Shown piece after piece: positions 45,905 through 56,100 of a stretch of DNA of 64,000 nucleotides. The DNA is taken from NCBI GenBank assembly GCA_947502765.1, contig CANNBA010000006.1, forward strand, positions 38,861 to 102,860, read 5' to 3'. The stretch comes from Flavobacteriales bacterium (lineage in GTDB: Bacteria > Bacteroidota > Bacteroidia > Flavobacteriales > BACL11). Under the pieces are notes generated by a model. That model did no database searches and was not told the origin of the DNA. It worked only from the letters and a program-made list of their open reading frames with translations. Both the position numbers and the translations under genes were made by a program. Positions within the stretch are counted from its first letter, which is position 1. Each line of letters begins with the position of its first letter.

Positions 45905-47660
45905 GAATTGAAATCTCCACTCCCATTTTTCTCATGCGTTCTGAAGCATCATTTAAGGAATTTGTTACTGATTCTTTCGCATCAACAAAAGTGTCTCCAA
46001 TAGAATTAAACATCCCTTTATAGTAATTGATCCCTTCATTCATATTTTCAGCAAAAGCAGTTAACTTTTTTTCAGATGCCTTATCCCAATTATTTTTATG
46101 TTCTTCAATCTTTTCTGAAAAAAACTTAAGATACATTCCTAATTCGTTGACAAACATATTAGGTCGATCAGCGCGCACTACACCTTTTAAATCATTATAA
46201 ATATGATGTGCCATTTCAGATAAAGACAGTTCTTTAGAAAAATAGGCCATATTAGGACCTGGACAAATAGACACTCCTTTACTCTCTCTATTCTCAAATC
46301 CGTAATTAATATCTGCAGTTGCCGCCAAACCCATACACAAGCAGGTTTTCTCAGTAATCTTATCCGAAATACCTTGCTCTTGAATTTTGTTTTTTTGAAA
46401 AAGTCGAGAAGCCGTACATACCCCTTGGGTTCCATACTCATTACTTAATGCCAAAAATTTTCTAGGACATGGACTACCTGGATTACCTTCTTCAATCTTC
46501 TGAAACCTTTCAATATCTTTAGATGAATTTCTTAAAGTATTAAATGGCACTCCAAGAGGTGATATATTGCTTAAATACAAATCCTTTTCTTTGGCTTCTT
46601 GTAATTGTTTTCTTGTATCCTTATCTACTGTTGTTGCTTCTGTTACTAACAAAAAAGGAGTTCCCCAACCAACAGTATCTAAATTATAATGATTGATTAA
46701 AAAATTATGTTCCTCAGCTGTACCTACACCACCTTGAGCTGTAATTTTTACAGCCAATGTTTCATTCGGAAGTATTCTCGCACTTGATTCTAAAGCTGAT
46801 TTACAAACAGCAAAAGTGTCATCAATTAACTCTTGTCTTCTATCTCTAAATTCTGCTAAAATTGGCCCCATCAAATAACCATCAGTAGCAAAAGTATGGC
46901 CTCCACAATTTAAACCTGACTCAATACGATATTCAGAAACCCAAAGTCCTTTTTTAGCTAAAAATTTACCTTGAATAACAGCCGATCTATAATCAGATAC
47001 CTTAAGTATTATTTTCTTTTTTATATACCCATTTTCATCTGGAAAGAAATCATCAAACTGAGCAATATAACCGTACAATCTCGGATTCATGCCGGCTGAA
47101 AAAATAACTGAAGATGCTAAATCGGAATTAGCATATCCCCTTAATCCCGCATGAGCATCATTGTATTCTGAAGGCAATTCTTCTTTTTTAAAGTAATTTG
47201 TTTTATCAACTTTTGTCATGATATTTACATCAATACTTCCCATTGATAAATTTTCCTTTAACCAAGAGGACAAATCCTCAAAACTAAATGACTTTTCAAT
47301 GAATCTATTGAATTCTTTCTTTACCTCACTACTGTCAGGTAGCATTATAAAGTACTTTTTTACTTCTTCAAATTTATCTTTCGTTGCAGAAGTAAACTCC
47401 TCAAATTTTGCTGAGGTAACTTTGTTTACCATATTAAGATAAGAAGTAATTCTATCTGCACGGTAATCTTTTGTATCATTCTTTATCTCATTATAAGATA
47501 AATTATGTAAGCCACTATAATATTTTCTTAAGCGCTCTAGCAATACATCATCAGCCAAGGCAATTACAGTATTTATGCCATAATGAGCAACCTTTAAGGC
47601 TGAGTCAGCTGTAAAAGCTGTTCCCATTACAGGTATATGAAAGGTATGTACTGAAGACAT
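45882..47660 (-). CDS. Uncharacterised 592-aa protein; possible NMO/FabK-like FMN TIM barrel with a Cys-rich C-terminal region
   Basis: A long intact ORF with its own promoter box. ESGLNCGGH and QGGVGTAEE..VGWGTPFL loosely resemble the EAGGH and GG..GT.F motifs of nitronate monooxygenase/FabK. Cys residues occur at SPCP, VCT, CLC and ICP in the last third of the protein. Confidence 0.55.
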   Translation of the reverse strand: MSSVHTFHIPVMGTAFTADSALKVAHYGINTVIALADDVLLERLRKYYSGLHNLSYNEIKNDTKDYRADRITSYLNMVNKVTSAKFEEFTSATKDKFEEVKKYFIMLPDSSEVKKEFNRFIEKSFSFEDLSSWLKENLSMGSIDVNIMTKVDKTNYFKKEELPSEYNDAHAGLRGYANSDLASSVIFSAGMNPRLYGYIAQFDDFFPDENGYIKKKIILKVSDYRSAVIQGKFLAKKGLWVSEYRIESGLNCGGHTFATDGYLMGPILAEFRDRRQELIDDTFAVCKSALESSARILPNETLAVKITAQGGVGTAEEHNFLINHYNLDTVGWGTPFLLVTEATTVDKDTRKQLQEAKEKDLYLSNISPLGVPFNTLRNSSKDIERFQKIEEGNPGSPCPRKFLALSNEYGTQGVCTASRLFQKNKIQEQGISDKITEKTCLCMGLAATADINYGFENRESKGVSICPGPNMAYFSKELSLSEMAHHIYNDLKGVVRADRPNMFVNELGMYLKFFSEKIEEHKNNWDKASEKKLTAFAENMNEGINYYKGMFNSIGDTFVDAKESVTNSLNDASERMRKMGVEISILIAQNQK

Positions 47661-47682
47661 ATTATTTTAAAAAATAATGGTG

Positions 47683-47690
47683 CAAATATA
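47683..47690 (-). promoter_or_regulatory. -7 promoter box TATATTTG upstream of the 592-aa gene
   Basis: Plus-strand caaatata is an exact TAnnTTTG on the minus strand, 22 nt upstream of ATG 47660. Confidence 0.5.
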
Positions 47691-47773
47691 TATTAAATTA
47701 AGAAAAGAAATATAATATATTTTAAACATAAATATCAATTATAAAGTAGAAAGCTGAATCAAGTTGAAAAAAA

Positions 47774-48484
47774 TCAACTATAAGATTTTTGACTACTTTT
47801 AAAGTACTCAAAAGTCCAAATAACAGTAAGTAATATTTCAAAAGAATACACAAAATCTTCAATAGGGATATTAAACACTCTAAATCCTATAATATGAGAT
47901 TCATTATAAATTACAACTGCTTGATCAGTAAAGCTACCTGTTAACAATCCATTAATTAAAATAAATGGCATTAATGAAACAAAGTACATTAATAAAAAAT
48001 TATTCCACCATTTTGGTTTAACATAAAATACAAGCAACATGCTAAATCCACTAATAATAAAATAACAGCTAGTGTAAATCCTGGGGAAGAATATTATTGC
48101 AAGAAAAAAAAGAATAATAGCTGCAAAAAGAGCAAACTTATAGTGCAGAATAATAGGGGGAGGAATTTTAAAGAAATATTTTAATACTTTATATATGAAT
48201 AAAGAAGAAAATGGAATTATTACAAAAAATAACCATTCCTCAATAGGTAAATTAAAAACCAAAATTCCGTAAATAAGTTCATTGTTAAACCTCCATACTC
48301 CAATATTAGTAAAAATAATATCAAGTGGGATATGTATGGACATCATTACAAAAATAGCAGGAAGTAAATATATCCATGATTTATAAAATTGTATTCTTTT
48401 CTCAAAGCTCTGCAACAGAGGATAACTACAAGCAATTGCCAAGATAGTAAAATAACAATAGTTACTATTAAATAAGTCCATCAT
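47774..48484 (-). CDS. Lycopene cyclase domain protein (fused CrtYc/CrtYd type)
   Basis: 236 aa polytopic protein with two copies of the PIEE/PIED motif (NLPIEEWLFF, NIPIEDFVYSF). Confidence 0.8.
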   Translation of the reverse strand: MMDLFNSNYCYFTILAIACSYPLLQSFEKRIQFYKSWIYLLPAIFVMMSIHIPLDIIFTNIGVWRFNNELIYGILVFNLPIEEWLFFVIIPFSSLFIYKVLKYFFKIPPPIILHYKFALFAAIILFFLAIIFFPRIYTSCYFIISGFSMLLVFYVKPKWWNNFLLMYFVSLMPFILINGLLTGSFTDQAVVIYNESHIIGFRVFNIPIEDFVYSFEILLTVIWTFEYFKSSQKSYS

Positions 48485-49109
48485 TAAAATACTGAATAAT
48501 AAAAAAGGTTAGTTGGGAAAAAAGTAAAGCAAAAGACAACTTTGGATTTAGTGTTACCTTAGAGATCATAATTAAAAACTGAATAAATAGTGAAATACCA
48601 AACCAGGCAATATAGTTTTGAAGTGGTATTTCATCTGTACTCCAATGCCAAAAATCTAAAATACTAGCTATTGGCTCAATAATATAATCTGTAAAAACCA
48701 TAAGAAAAGATGCAACCAAAACAATTAAATATTTTTTTCTAAAAAGATATGATGATATACCAAAGCATGCAAGAGAAAGGCTCGCCCAATTTACTCCAAT
48801 AATTATTGGAGTTCCGAATATTTTATAACCCAATGATTCTCCGTAAGTATAGCTTCCAAAAATAAACTTATAATTTACTCCTATTATTTCAACCATTAAT
48901 CCAATTGAAAAAATAAGAACAATCAACTTTAGAAAATTCATTGTTAAATTATTGTTGGCCCAATAAAATAGAAGTAATAATAACAATAAATTATATGAAG
49001 AAAATCGTAAAATAAACTGTTGAAAATCAGAATAAAATAATGCAAAAGATCCAATAATATTAAGAAAAAACATTGCAGATATCGCTATCGTAATTTTATT
49101 TTTTTTCAT
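48468..49109 (-). CDS. Carotenoid biosynthesis membrane protein (DUF422 / CruF-like putative 1',2'-hydratase)
   Basis: 213 aa polytopic protein located between crtD-like and cyclase genes, with overlapping stops and starts. Size and topology fit the family. Confidence 0.55.
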   Translation of the reverse strand: MKKNKITIAISAMFFLNIIGSFALFYSDFQQFILRFSSYNLLLLLLLFYWANNNLTMNFLKLIVLIFSIGLMVEIIGVNYKFIFGSYTYGESLGYKIFGTPIIIGVNWASLSLACFGISSYLFRKKYLIVLVASFLMVFTDYIIEPIASILDFWHWSTDEIPLQNYIAWFGISLFIQFLIMISKVTLNPKLSFALLFSQLTFFIIQYFNDGLI

Positions 49110-50586
49110 AATCAGAATAAATTAATTCATCTACGATTTTAGCGGAAGATAAAACTAAAGGTATGCCTCCTCCTGGGTGTACACTGCCTCCACAGAAATA
49201 TAAGCCTTTTATATTTTTTGAGAAATTAGGATGTCTAAAAAAAGCAGACATCCTAGTATTTGATGAAGTTCCATAAAGCGCACCTTTAAATGAATGAGTA
49301 TCAGCTTCAATATTCCTTGGATCAACTACTCTTTCGAATAAAATATTATCTTCAATGTTACAATTTAATACTCTATTAATTTTACTTATAATTTCTTTTC
49401 TTGATTTTAAAATTAGCTTATCCCAATCTTGATTGTTGTTGTGGGGAACATTAATCATAACAAACCAGTTTTCTGATTGTTTTGGAGCATCAGATTTAAT
49501 CCTCTTAGATGTTATATTAATATAAACTGTAGGATCAGAATAGATTTCATTTCCCCCGCGAATACATTCGAATTCTTCCTTATAGTTTTTTGAGAATAAA
49601 ATATTATGGATTTGCAGCTGCTTAAAGACCTTAGTAATACCCCAATAAAAAATTATAGCAGATGAGGATCTTGGCTGGTCCTTCTTATAATTTAAACGAA
49701 ATTGCTTAGCCAATAATTTATTATATACAAAATAGATATCAGTATTACAGACTACAATATCAGCAGCAATAAAAGCATCTTTAATTGCTAGGCCTTCAAT
49801 TTTACCATTACTAACTTTAATTTGATCTACAAAGGAATTGAAATTAAACTTGACTCCTAACTCTAATGCCAGTTTATATAAAGATTTAGGTATTGTGCTC
49901 ATACCTTTATCAGCAAAAAATGCTCCTCTATTAAACTCTAAATTTGAAATACTATTCAATACTGCTGGCGCTAAGTAAGGATCTGACCCATTGTATGTTG
50001 CGAATCTATTAAAGATTTGGACTATTTTCTTATCAAAAAACTTCTTACTATTAATTCTATCCATAGAAGAAAAAAGATTCAACCATGGGATTTTTAAGGC
50101 AGATAAAAAAACTTTAACTGAGAAATACGTTTTAAGTTTATGAAGTGATTTTTCTAAAAATAAATGACTTGTAGTTTTAAAAATAAATGCATTTTTTCTT
50201 AAATATTTTATTGTATCTTTTTTTGGAATATTTGAAATTTTAAATATTTCTTCAGAAAATAATTTTGCATCAGAAAATCCTCTAATAATAACTCCATCAT
50301 CATAAAAATACCTACAACTTTCATTGATCCTAGAATAACTAAAATAATCTTTTGGATTCTTTCCTGCCAGATAAAAAAGCTCATCAATTTTTTCTGGCAT
50401 TGTTAGTAAGGAAGGCCCCTTATCAAAACGAAATCCAGATACTGAAAATTCATCAGCCTTGCCACCTGGATAACAATTAGACTCAAAGACTTGCACTTCA
50501 TGACCTTTAACGGCTAGTCTTACAGCAATTGCAAGCCCACCAATACCTGATCCTATAACTGATATTTTTTTTTTTGATTGTTCCAA
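49096..50586 (-). CDS. crtD: Phytoene desaturase family protein, CrtD-like (1-hydroxycarotenoid 3,4-desaturase)
   Basis: 496 aa with an N-terminal FAD fold ISVIGSGIGGLAIAVRL..E and a C-terminal GGSVHPGGGIP motif of the CrtI/CrtD family. Confidence 0.7.
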   Translation of the reverse strand: MEQSKKKISVIGSGIGGLAIAVRLAVKGHEVQVFESNCYPGGKADEFSVSGFRFDKGPSLLTMPEKIDELFYLAGKNPKDYFSYSRINESCRYFYDDGVIIRGFSDAKLFSEEIFKISNIPKKDTIKYLRKNAFIFKTTSHLFLEKSLHKLKTYFSVKVFLSALKIPWLNLFSSMDRINSKKFFDKKIVQIFNRFATYNGSDPYLAPAVLNSISNLEFNRGAFFADKGMSTIPKSLYKLALELGVKFNFNSFVDQIKVSNGKIEGLAIKDAFIAADIVVCNTDIYFVYNKLLAKQFRLNYKKDQPRSSSAIIFYWGITKVFKQLQIHNILFSKNYKEEFECIRGGNEIYSDPTVYINITSKRIKSDAPKQSENWFVMINVPHNNNQDWDKLILKSRKEIISKINRVLNCNIEDNILFERVVDPRNIEADTHSFKGALYGTSSNTRMSAFFRHPNFSKNIKGLYFCGGSVHPGGGIPLVLSSAKIVDELIYSDYEKK

Positions 50587-50596
50587 AATAAATAAA

Positions 50597-51847
50597 TTAC
50601 TCTTTTACAACTAACTGTAATGTATTCCTTGATCTTTGTTCAAGTATAACTTCCCTTTGTTTTAAAAAATCAAAAGTAGAATCTTTAGCATAATGTCTTA
50701 TTGTGCAAAGACTTAGATTCTTATTGTAATATACTTCAAAATCATCCTGTAAATCAGCAATTAGTGCAGGAATCTTATGTTTATCATCATCAACACAAAG
50801 AGAAAAAGATACAGCAGAATTTTGCATCATATTTACGCTAACTCCATGCTTTGCTAACAAAGCAAATATTTTACTCATATGAGTTTCCACAATAAATGAT
50901 AAAGATGTATCAGAAATAGATATTAAAATCTGATTTTCTTTTATAATACAAGACGGAATTTCAGCAAAAGTAGTAACGCCTTCTGCAATTTGAGATCCTT
51001 TACTTTTAGGATTTAAAAACGACTTTATAAACAAAGGAATCTGTTTCTTTTTAAGCGGTTGTATTGTTTTAGGGTGTATCACTTTTGCTCCATAATAAGC
51101 CAACTCAATAGCCTCATCAAAAGATATTTTTTCTAACAATTGAGAATGCTCAAAATGTTTAGGATCTGCATTCATCATTCCAGCTACATCTTTCCAAATT
51201 ACTACCTCTTTTGCTTCTAAGGAAAAAGCTAATATTGCTGCAGAAAAATCACTTCCTTCTCTTCCCAATGTAGTGGTAAAATTCTCTGAAGTGCATCCTA
51301 AAAAACCCTGTGTGATACAATGTTTTTCTTTTATCTGATTTTTTATACAAGTAGTTGTTGTTTCCCAATCCACTTTTGCATTTCTATATGTATTGTCAGT
51401 TTTAATTAAATCACGAGCATCTAATAAAGAATTTTCAAATCCAATTTGGTCCAAATAAGCACTCATTATTTTAGAAGACAAAAATTCCCCTATCGAAACA
51501 ATTTGATCGTAATCATAGGCATAATTTTGATTAGGTTCATCTTCTAAAACCCATTCAATTTCAACAAACAAATTATTTATTTCATCAAAAATGGCATGCT
51601 TTTCATCAAATAATTGATTTAAAATATTGGTATGAAAATCTTTTACTTTTTGTAAGGCAATAAAAGGATCGGCATTTTTTTGAACATAAGATTCTACTAC
51701 AACCTCAAGCATATTAGTAACTTTGCCCATGGCTGAGAAAACAATCACCAATTTATCATTAGAATAAGAATTTAAAATATTCCCAACATTAATGATGTTT
51801 TCGGCATCTTTTATTGATGCTCCTCCAAATTTGAAAACTGTATACAT
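50597..51847 (-). CDS. lysC: Aspartate kinase
   Basis: 416 aa with the VFKFGGASI amino-acid-kinase start and C-terminal ACT-like repeats. Confidence 0.9.
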   Translation of the reverse strand: MYTVFKFGGASIKDAENIINVGNILNSYSNDKLVIVFSAMGKVTNMLEVVVESYVQKNADPFIALQKVKDFHTNILNQLFDEKHAIFDEINNLFVEIEWVLEDEPNQNYAYDYDQIVSIGEFLSSKIMSAYLDQIGFENSLLDARDLIKTDNTYRNAKVDWETTTTCIKNQIKEKHCITQGFLGCTSENFTTTLGREGSDFSAAILAFSLEAKEVVIWKDVAGMMNADPKHFEHSQLLEKISFDEAIELAYYGAKVIHPKTIQPLKKKQIPLFIKSFLNPKSKGSQIAEGVTTFAEIPSCIIKENQILISISDTSLSFIVETHMSKIFALLAKHGVSVNMMQNSAVSFSLCVDDDKHKIPALIADLQDDFEVYYNKNLSLCTIRHYAKDSTFDFLKQREVILEQRSRNTLQLVVKE

Positions 51848-51936
51848 CTAATGCTAAAAAATTAACTGCAAAGTAAAGGTTATTTTCTCATCAAATACTT
51901 CAAATTTTTAGATATTTGCAACACTAAATAACCCAA

Positions 51937-53127
51937 ATGAAGATTGCCTTTTTAACCTCTGGAGGAATAGCCCCTTGTTTATCAGCAGCAATAGGCAGAT
52001 TGACGGAAAACTACTTAAGAGATTACCCTAATGCAGAAATTATTGGCTACTTAAATGGATACAAAGGGCTTCTTTTAGGAAATTCAATTTCTTTCCCAAA
52101 ATCACTTTTTGGAAGCACGGATAAGTTTTATCAATTTGGGGGATCTCCTATTGGTAATAGTAGAGTAAAGCTAACTAATATTGAGGACTGTATTAAAAAC
52201 GGTCATGTTGCCAAAGGCGAAATCCCATTAGAAGTTGCAGCCAATCAATTAGTAAAAGATGGAGTAACAATTTTGCACACAATAGGTGGAGATGACACCA
52301 ATATAACAGCAGCAGATTTATCTTTTTATCTAAAAGAAAACAATTATAATTTAACAGTAGTTGGTTTGCCAAAAACAGTTGACAATGATGTGTATCCTAT
52401 CGCTCAAACTCTAGGCGCATGGACGGCTGCAGAACAAGGCGCAATATTCTTCGAAAATATAGTAAATGAAAATACTACCTCTGACAGGCAATTAATTATA
52501 CATGAAGTAATGGGTAGGAATTGCGGATGGCTTACTGCTGCCACTGCATTGGAATACCGAAAAAGATTAAACAAGATCCATTTTATGCCTGAGATAGGAC
52601 TTTCAAAAGAAAAATGGGATATACATTGTGTGTTATTGCCTGAACAAGAAATTTCATTTGACAAAGAATGCGAACGACTTAATAAGGTAATGGATAAGTA
52701 CGATTGTGTAAATGTTTTTTTAAGTGAAGGCGCTGGCATGGATGTCATTATTAAAGATGCTGAAAAATTAGGAGAGCCTATATTGCGTGATGCATTCGGG
52801 CATGTACGATTAGATGAACTAAATCCTGGAAAGTGGTTTGCAAAACAATTTGGAAAAAGACTAAATGCTCATAAAATATTAGTTCAAAAAAGCGGTTACT
52901 TTGGAAGGTCATCAAAAGCAAACAAAGCAGATTTAGAGCTTATACTTGAAGTAGCTGATTATGCCGTAAAAAGTGCAATAGAAGGTAAAAATGGTGTAAT
53001 TGGATGGGATGAAGATAATAAAAACAAATTATCTTGTATTGATTTTAACAGAATAAAAGGGGGGAAACCTTTTGATACATCATTAGATTGGTATAAAAAA
53101 ATGATGAACGAAATTCAATCCATCTAA
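51937..53127 (+). CDS. pfp: Pyrophosphate-dependent 6-phosphofructokinase (diphosphate--fructose-6-phosphate 1-phosphotransferase)
   Basis: 396 aa with TSGGIAPCLS. It has IGGDDT (Asp where ATP-dependent PFKs have Gly) and LPKTVDND (Lys where ATP-dependent PFKs have Gly). Confidence 0.85.
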   Translation: MKIAFLTSGGIAPCLSAAIGRLTENYLRDYPNAEIIGYLNGYKGLLLGNSISFPKSLFGSTDKFYQFGGSPIGNSRVKLTNIEDCIKNGHVAKGEIPLEVAANQLVKDGVTILHTIGGDDTNITAADLSFYLKENNYNLTVVGLPKTVDNDVYPIAQTLGAWTAAEQGAIFFENIVNENTTSDRQLIIHEVMGRNCGWLTAATALEYRKRLNKIHFMPEIGLSKEKWDIHCVLLPEQEISFDKECERLNKVMDKYDCVNVFLSEGAGMDVIIKDAEKLGEPILRDAFGHVRLDELNPGKWFAKQFGKRLNAHKILVQKSGYFGRSSKANKADLELILEVADYAVKSAIEGKNGVIGWDEDNKNKLSCIDFNRIKGGKPFDTSLDWYKKMMNEIQSI

Positions 53128-56100
53128 TTGACATTACAAGCTCCATTATTAACATATTTTGGGGAGCCAAAGCAAACTGAGGCAATTAAAACTGCATTAG
53201 AAAAAACCCAAGCAAAAATTCAACTTACAGGATTAATTGGTTCATCATTTTCTCTTACAGCAAGCGCAGTAGTTAGAGAAAGTAACAGCCCACATCTTTT
53301 TATTTTTAGAGACAAAGAAGAAGCATCATACTTTATTAATGATCTCGAGAATCTACTTAACAATGAAGTATTCTTTTTTCCAGCCTCATACAGGAGAGCT
53401 TATCAGGTTGAAGAAACTGACAATGCCAACATTCTTTTAAGAATAGAGGTATTAAACAAACTGAATCAAAAAAGAAATCCAATCATTATTACTTATTCTG
53501 AAGCATTATCAGAAAAAGTAGTAAGTAGAAAAGAGCTAAAAAAACATACTATTGGATTAAAAATTGCTGATAAAATTGAGATTGATGACTTGGAAGAAAT
53601 GCTACTACACCTCAACTTTGAAAAAGTTGATTTTGTAATTGCAGCTGGCCAATATTCAATTAGAGGTGGCATTTTAGATGTCTATTCTTTTGCAGATGAA
53701 TATCCATTTAGATTGGAGTTTTTTGACACTGAAATTGAAAGCATCAGAACTTTCGATATTAATACTCAGCTATCAATTAATGCCGAGAATAAAATCACCA
53801 TTATCCCAAATACTAAGGCAAAAAAAAGCTTAGACGCCCAAGTTAGCGTGCTGGAATACCTTCCAAAAAACTCAATTATATGGGCAAAAGATATCGCCTA
53901 TACTAAAGGCATTCTTGATGATTATTTTAAAAGAGCAAATGAGGAACATAAAAGAATAGAGGAAAGCACAATACAACCCTTGAGCCCTAAAAATTTATTT
54001 ACAAATGGCTATGAATTTACCTCTGAGTTGGAAAATTTCTCAATTATTGAAACTCATCAACAAAGCTTTTTTAAGTCAGATGAAAAAATTGAAATCAATA
54101 CGACCTCACTAACTAAAATAAATAAGCAATTTGACTTATTAAAAGAGGATTTAAAAAAGAATCAGCAAGAAGGGTTGCAAAATATCATCCTATGCTCTTC
54201 AGATGAACAAGAAGAAAGATTCAATGCCATATTTAAACATTCGGATGAAGCATTAATCTACCAATGCATTTTGTTTTCATTGCATGCCGGTTTTATTGAT
54301 TACACCAATAAGCAAGCCATCTACACTGATCATGAGATTTTTGACAGACATCATAAATTTAAATCAAAAACAAAATTTATTGATAACCAAGCGATAACTA
54401 TAAAACAGCTTAACTCTTTAGAAATTGGTGATTTTGTAACTCATATCGATCATGGAATTGGAAGGTTTGAGGGGCTACACAAAATTGAGAATCACGGAAA
54501 GTATCAAGAAGTAATAAAACTTACTTATAAAGAAGGCGATATTCTTTATATCAGCATACATTCCTTGCATAAAATCGCAAAATATTCTGGAAAAGAAGGA
54601 CTAGAACCAAAAATAAACCAATTAGGCTCTCCAATTTGGAAAAACGCTAAGGAAAAAACCAAAACAAAAGTCAAGCAAATTGCTTTTAACCTTATACAGC
54701 TTTACGCCAAACGAAAACTCAAAAAAGGATTTGCATACAGCCCTGACACCTATTTGCAACACGAACTAGAAGCCTCATTTATGTATGAAGACACTACTGA
54801 TCAAAGTAAAGCAACAGCTGACATAAAAGCAGATATGGAAAATGAAATGCCAATGGATCGATTAATTTGTGGAGATGTAGGTTTTGGAAAAACAGAAGTA
54901 GCAATACGAGCAGCATTTAAGGCCGTAGCCGATAATAAGCAGGTGGCTGTTTTAGTCCCAACTACTATTTTAGCATTACAACACTATAAAACATTTAAAA
55001 AAAGGTTTAAACACTTGCCTTGCACTGTAGATTATATCAACCGATTTAAAACTTTAAAAGAACAAAAAGAAACACTTACAAAATTAGCAAGAGGTGGAAT
55101 TGACATCCTTATTGGGACGCATAGAATTGTAGGTAAAGATGTAAAATTTTTGGATTTGGGACTACTGATAATTGATGAAGAGCAAAAATTTGGAGTAAAT
55201 ATAAAAGACAAACTAAAACTCTTTAAGGAAAATATTGACACCCTTACTCTAAGCGCTACTCCTATCCCCAGAACATTACAATTTTCACTTTTAGGAGCAA
55301 GAGATTTATCAGTAATCAATACCCCACCACCCAATAGACAATCAATAGAGACTACTATTATTGGAATGCATCAAGAAACAATACGAGATGCTATAAGTTA
55401 TGAAATTTCTCGTAATGGACAAGTTTATTTTGTACATAACCGTATCGAAAACATTAAGGAAGTAGCCGGTTTATTACAAAGGCTTTGCCCTGATGCTAAA
55501 ATAAAAGTAGGTCATGGGCAAATGGATGGTAAAAAATTGGAAGAACTGATAATTGACTTTATGGAAGGAGATTTTGATGTATTGGTGTCCACCACAATTA
55601 TTGAAAATGGAGTTGACATCCCAAATGTTAATACTATAATTATAAATAACGCTCAAACTTTCGGACTGAGTGATTTACATCAAATGAGAGGACGGGTTGG
55701 CAGGAGTAATAAAAAAGCATTTTGTTATTTAATAAGCCCGCCTCTACATCAATTATCTGAAGAAAGCCGAAAGAGATTAATTGCTCTGGAACAGTTTTCT
55801 ACTCTTGGAAGTGGTTTTAAAATTGCCATGCGTGATTTAGACATTAGGGGTGCTGGCGATTTATTAGGTGCCGATCAGTCAGGATTTATTAATGATATTG
55901 GTTTTGAAACCTATCAAAAAATATTAAATGAAGCAATTGAAGAATTGAAAAGAGAAAAATTCCAAGATCTTTTTGAAGATGAAAAAGAGCAGTTCTATGT
56001 AAAAGATTGCCAACTAGATACTGACTTAGAAATACTAATTCCAGACACTTATGTAAGTAATATTAGTGAGAGGCTAAACCTTTATAAAGAGCTTAATAAT

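Noticed and set aside
51911-51918. Near-consensus boxes GATATTTG upstream of pfp, TAAAATTG (56535-56542) upstream of purH, and TTTCTTTG (3103-3110, with TTG at 3081) upstream of the alpha/beta hydrolase gene.
   Set aside because: Each has one mismatch to TAnnTTTG. They are plausible promoters, but I listed only exact matches as features.
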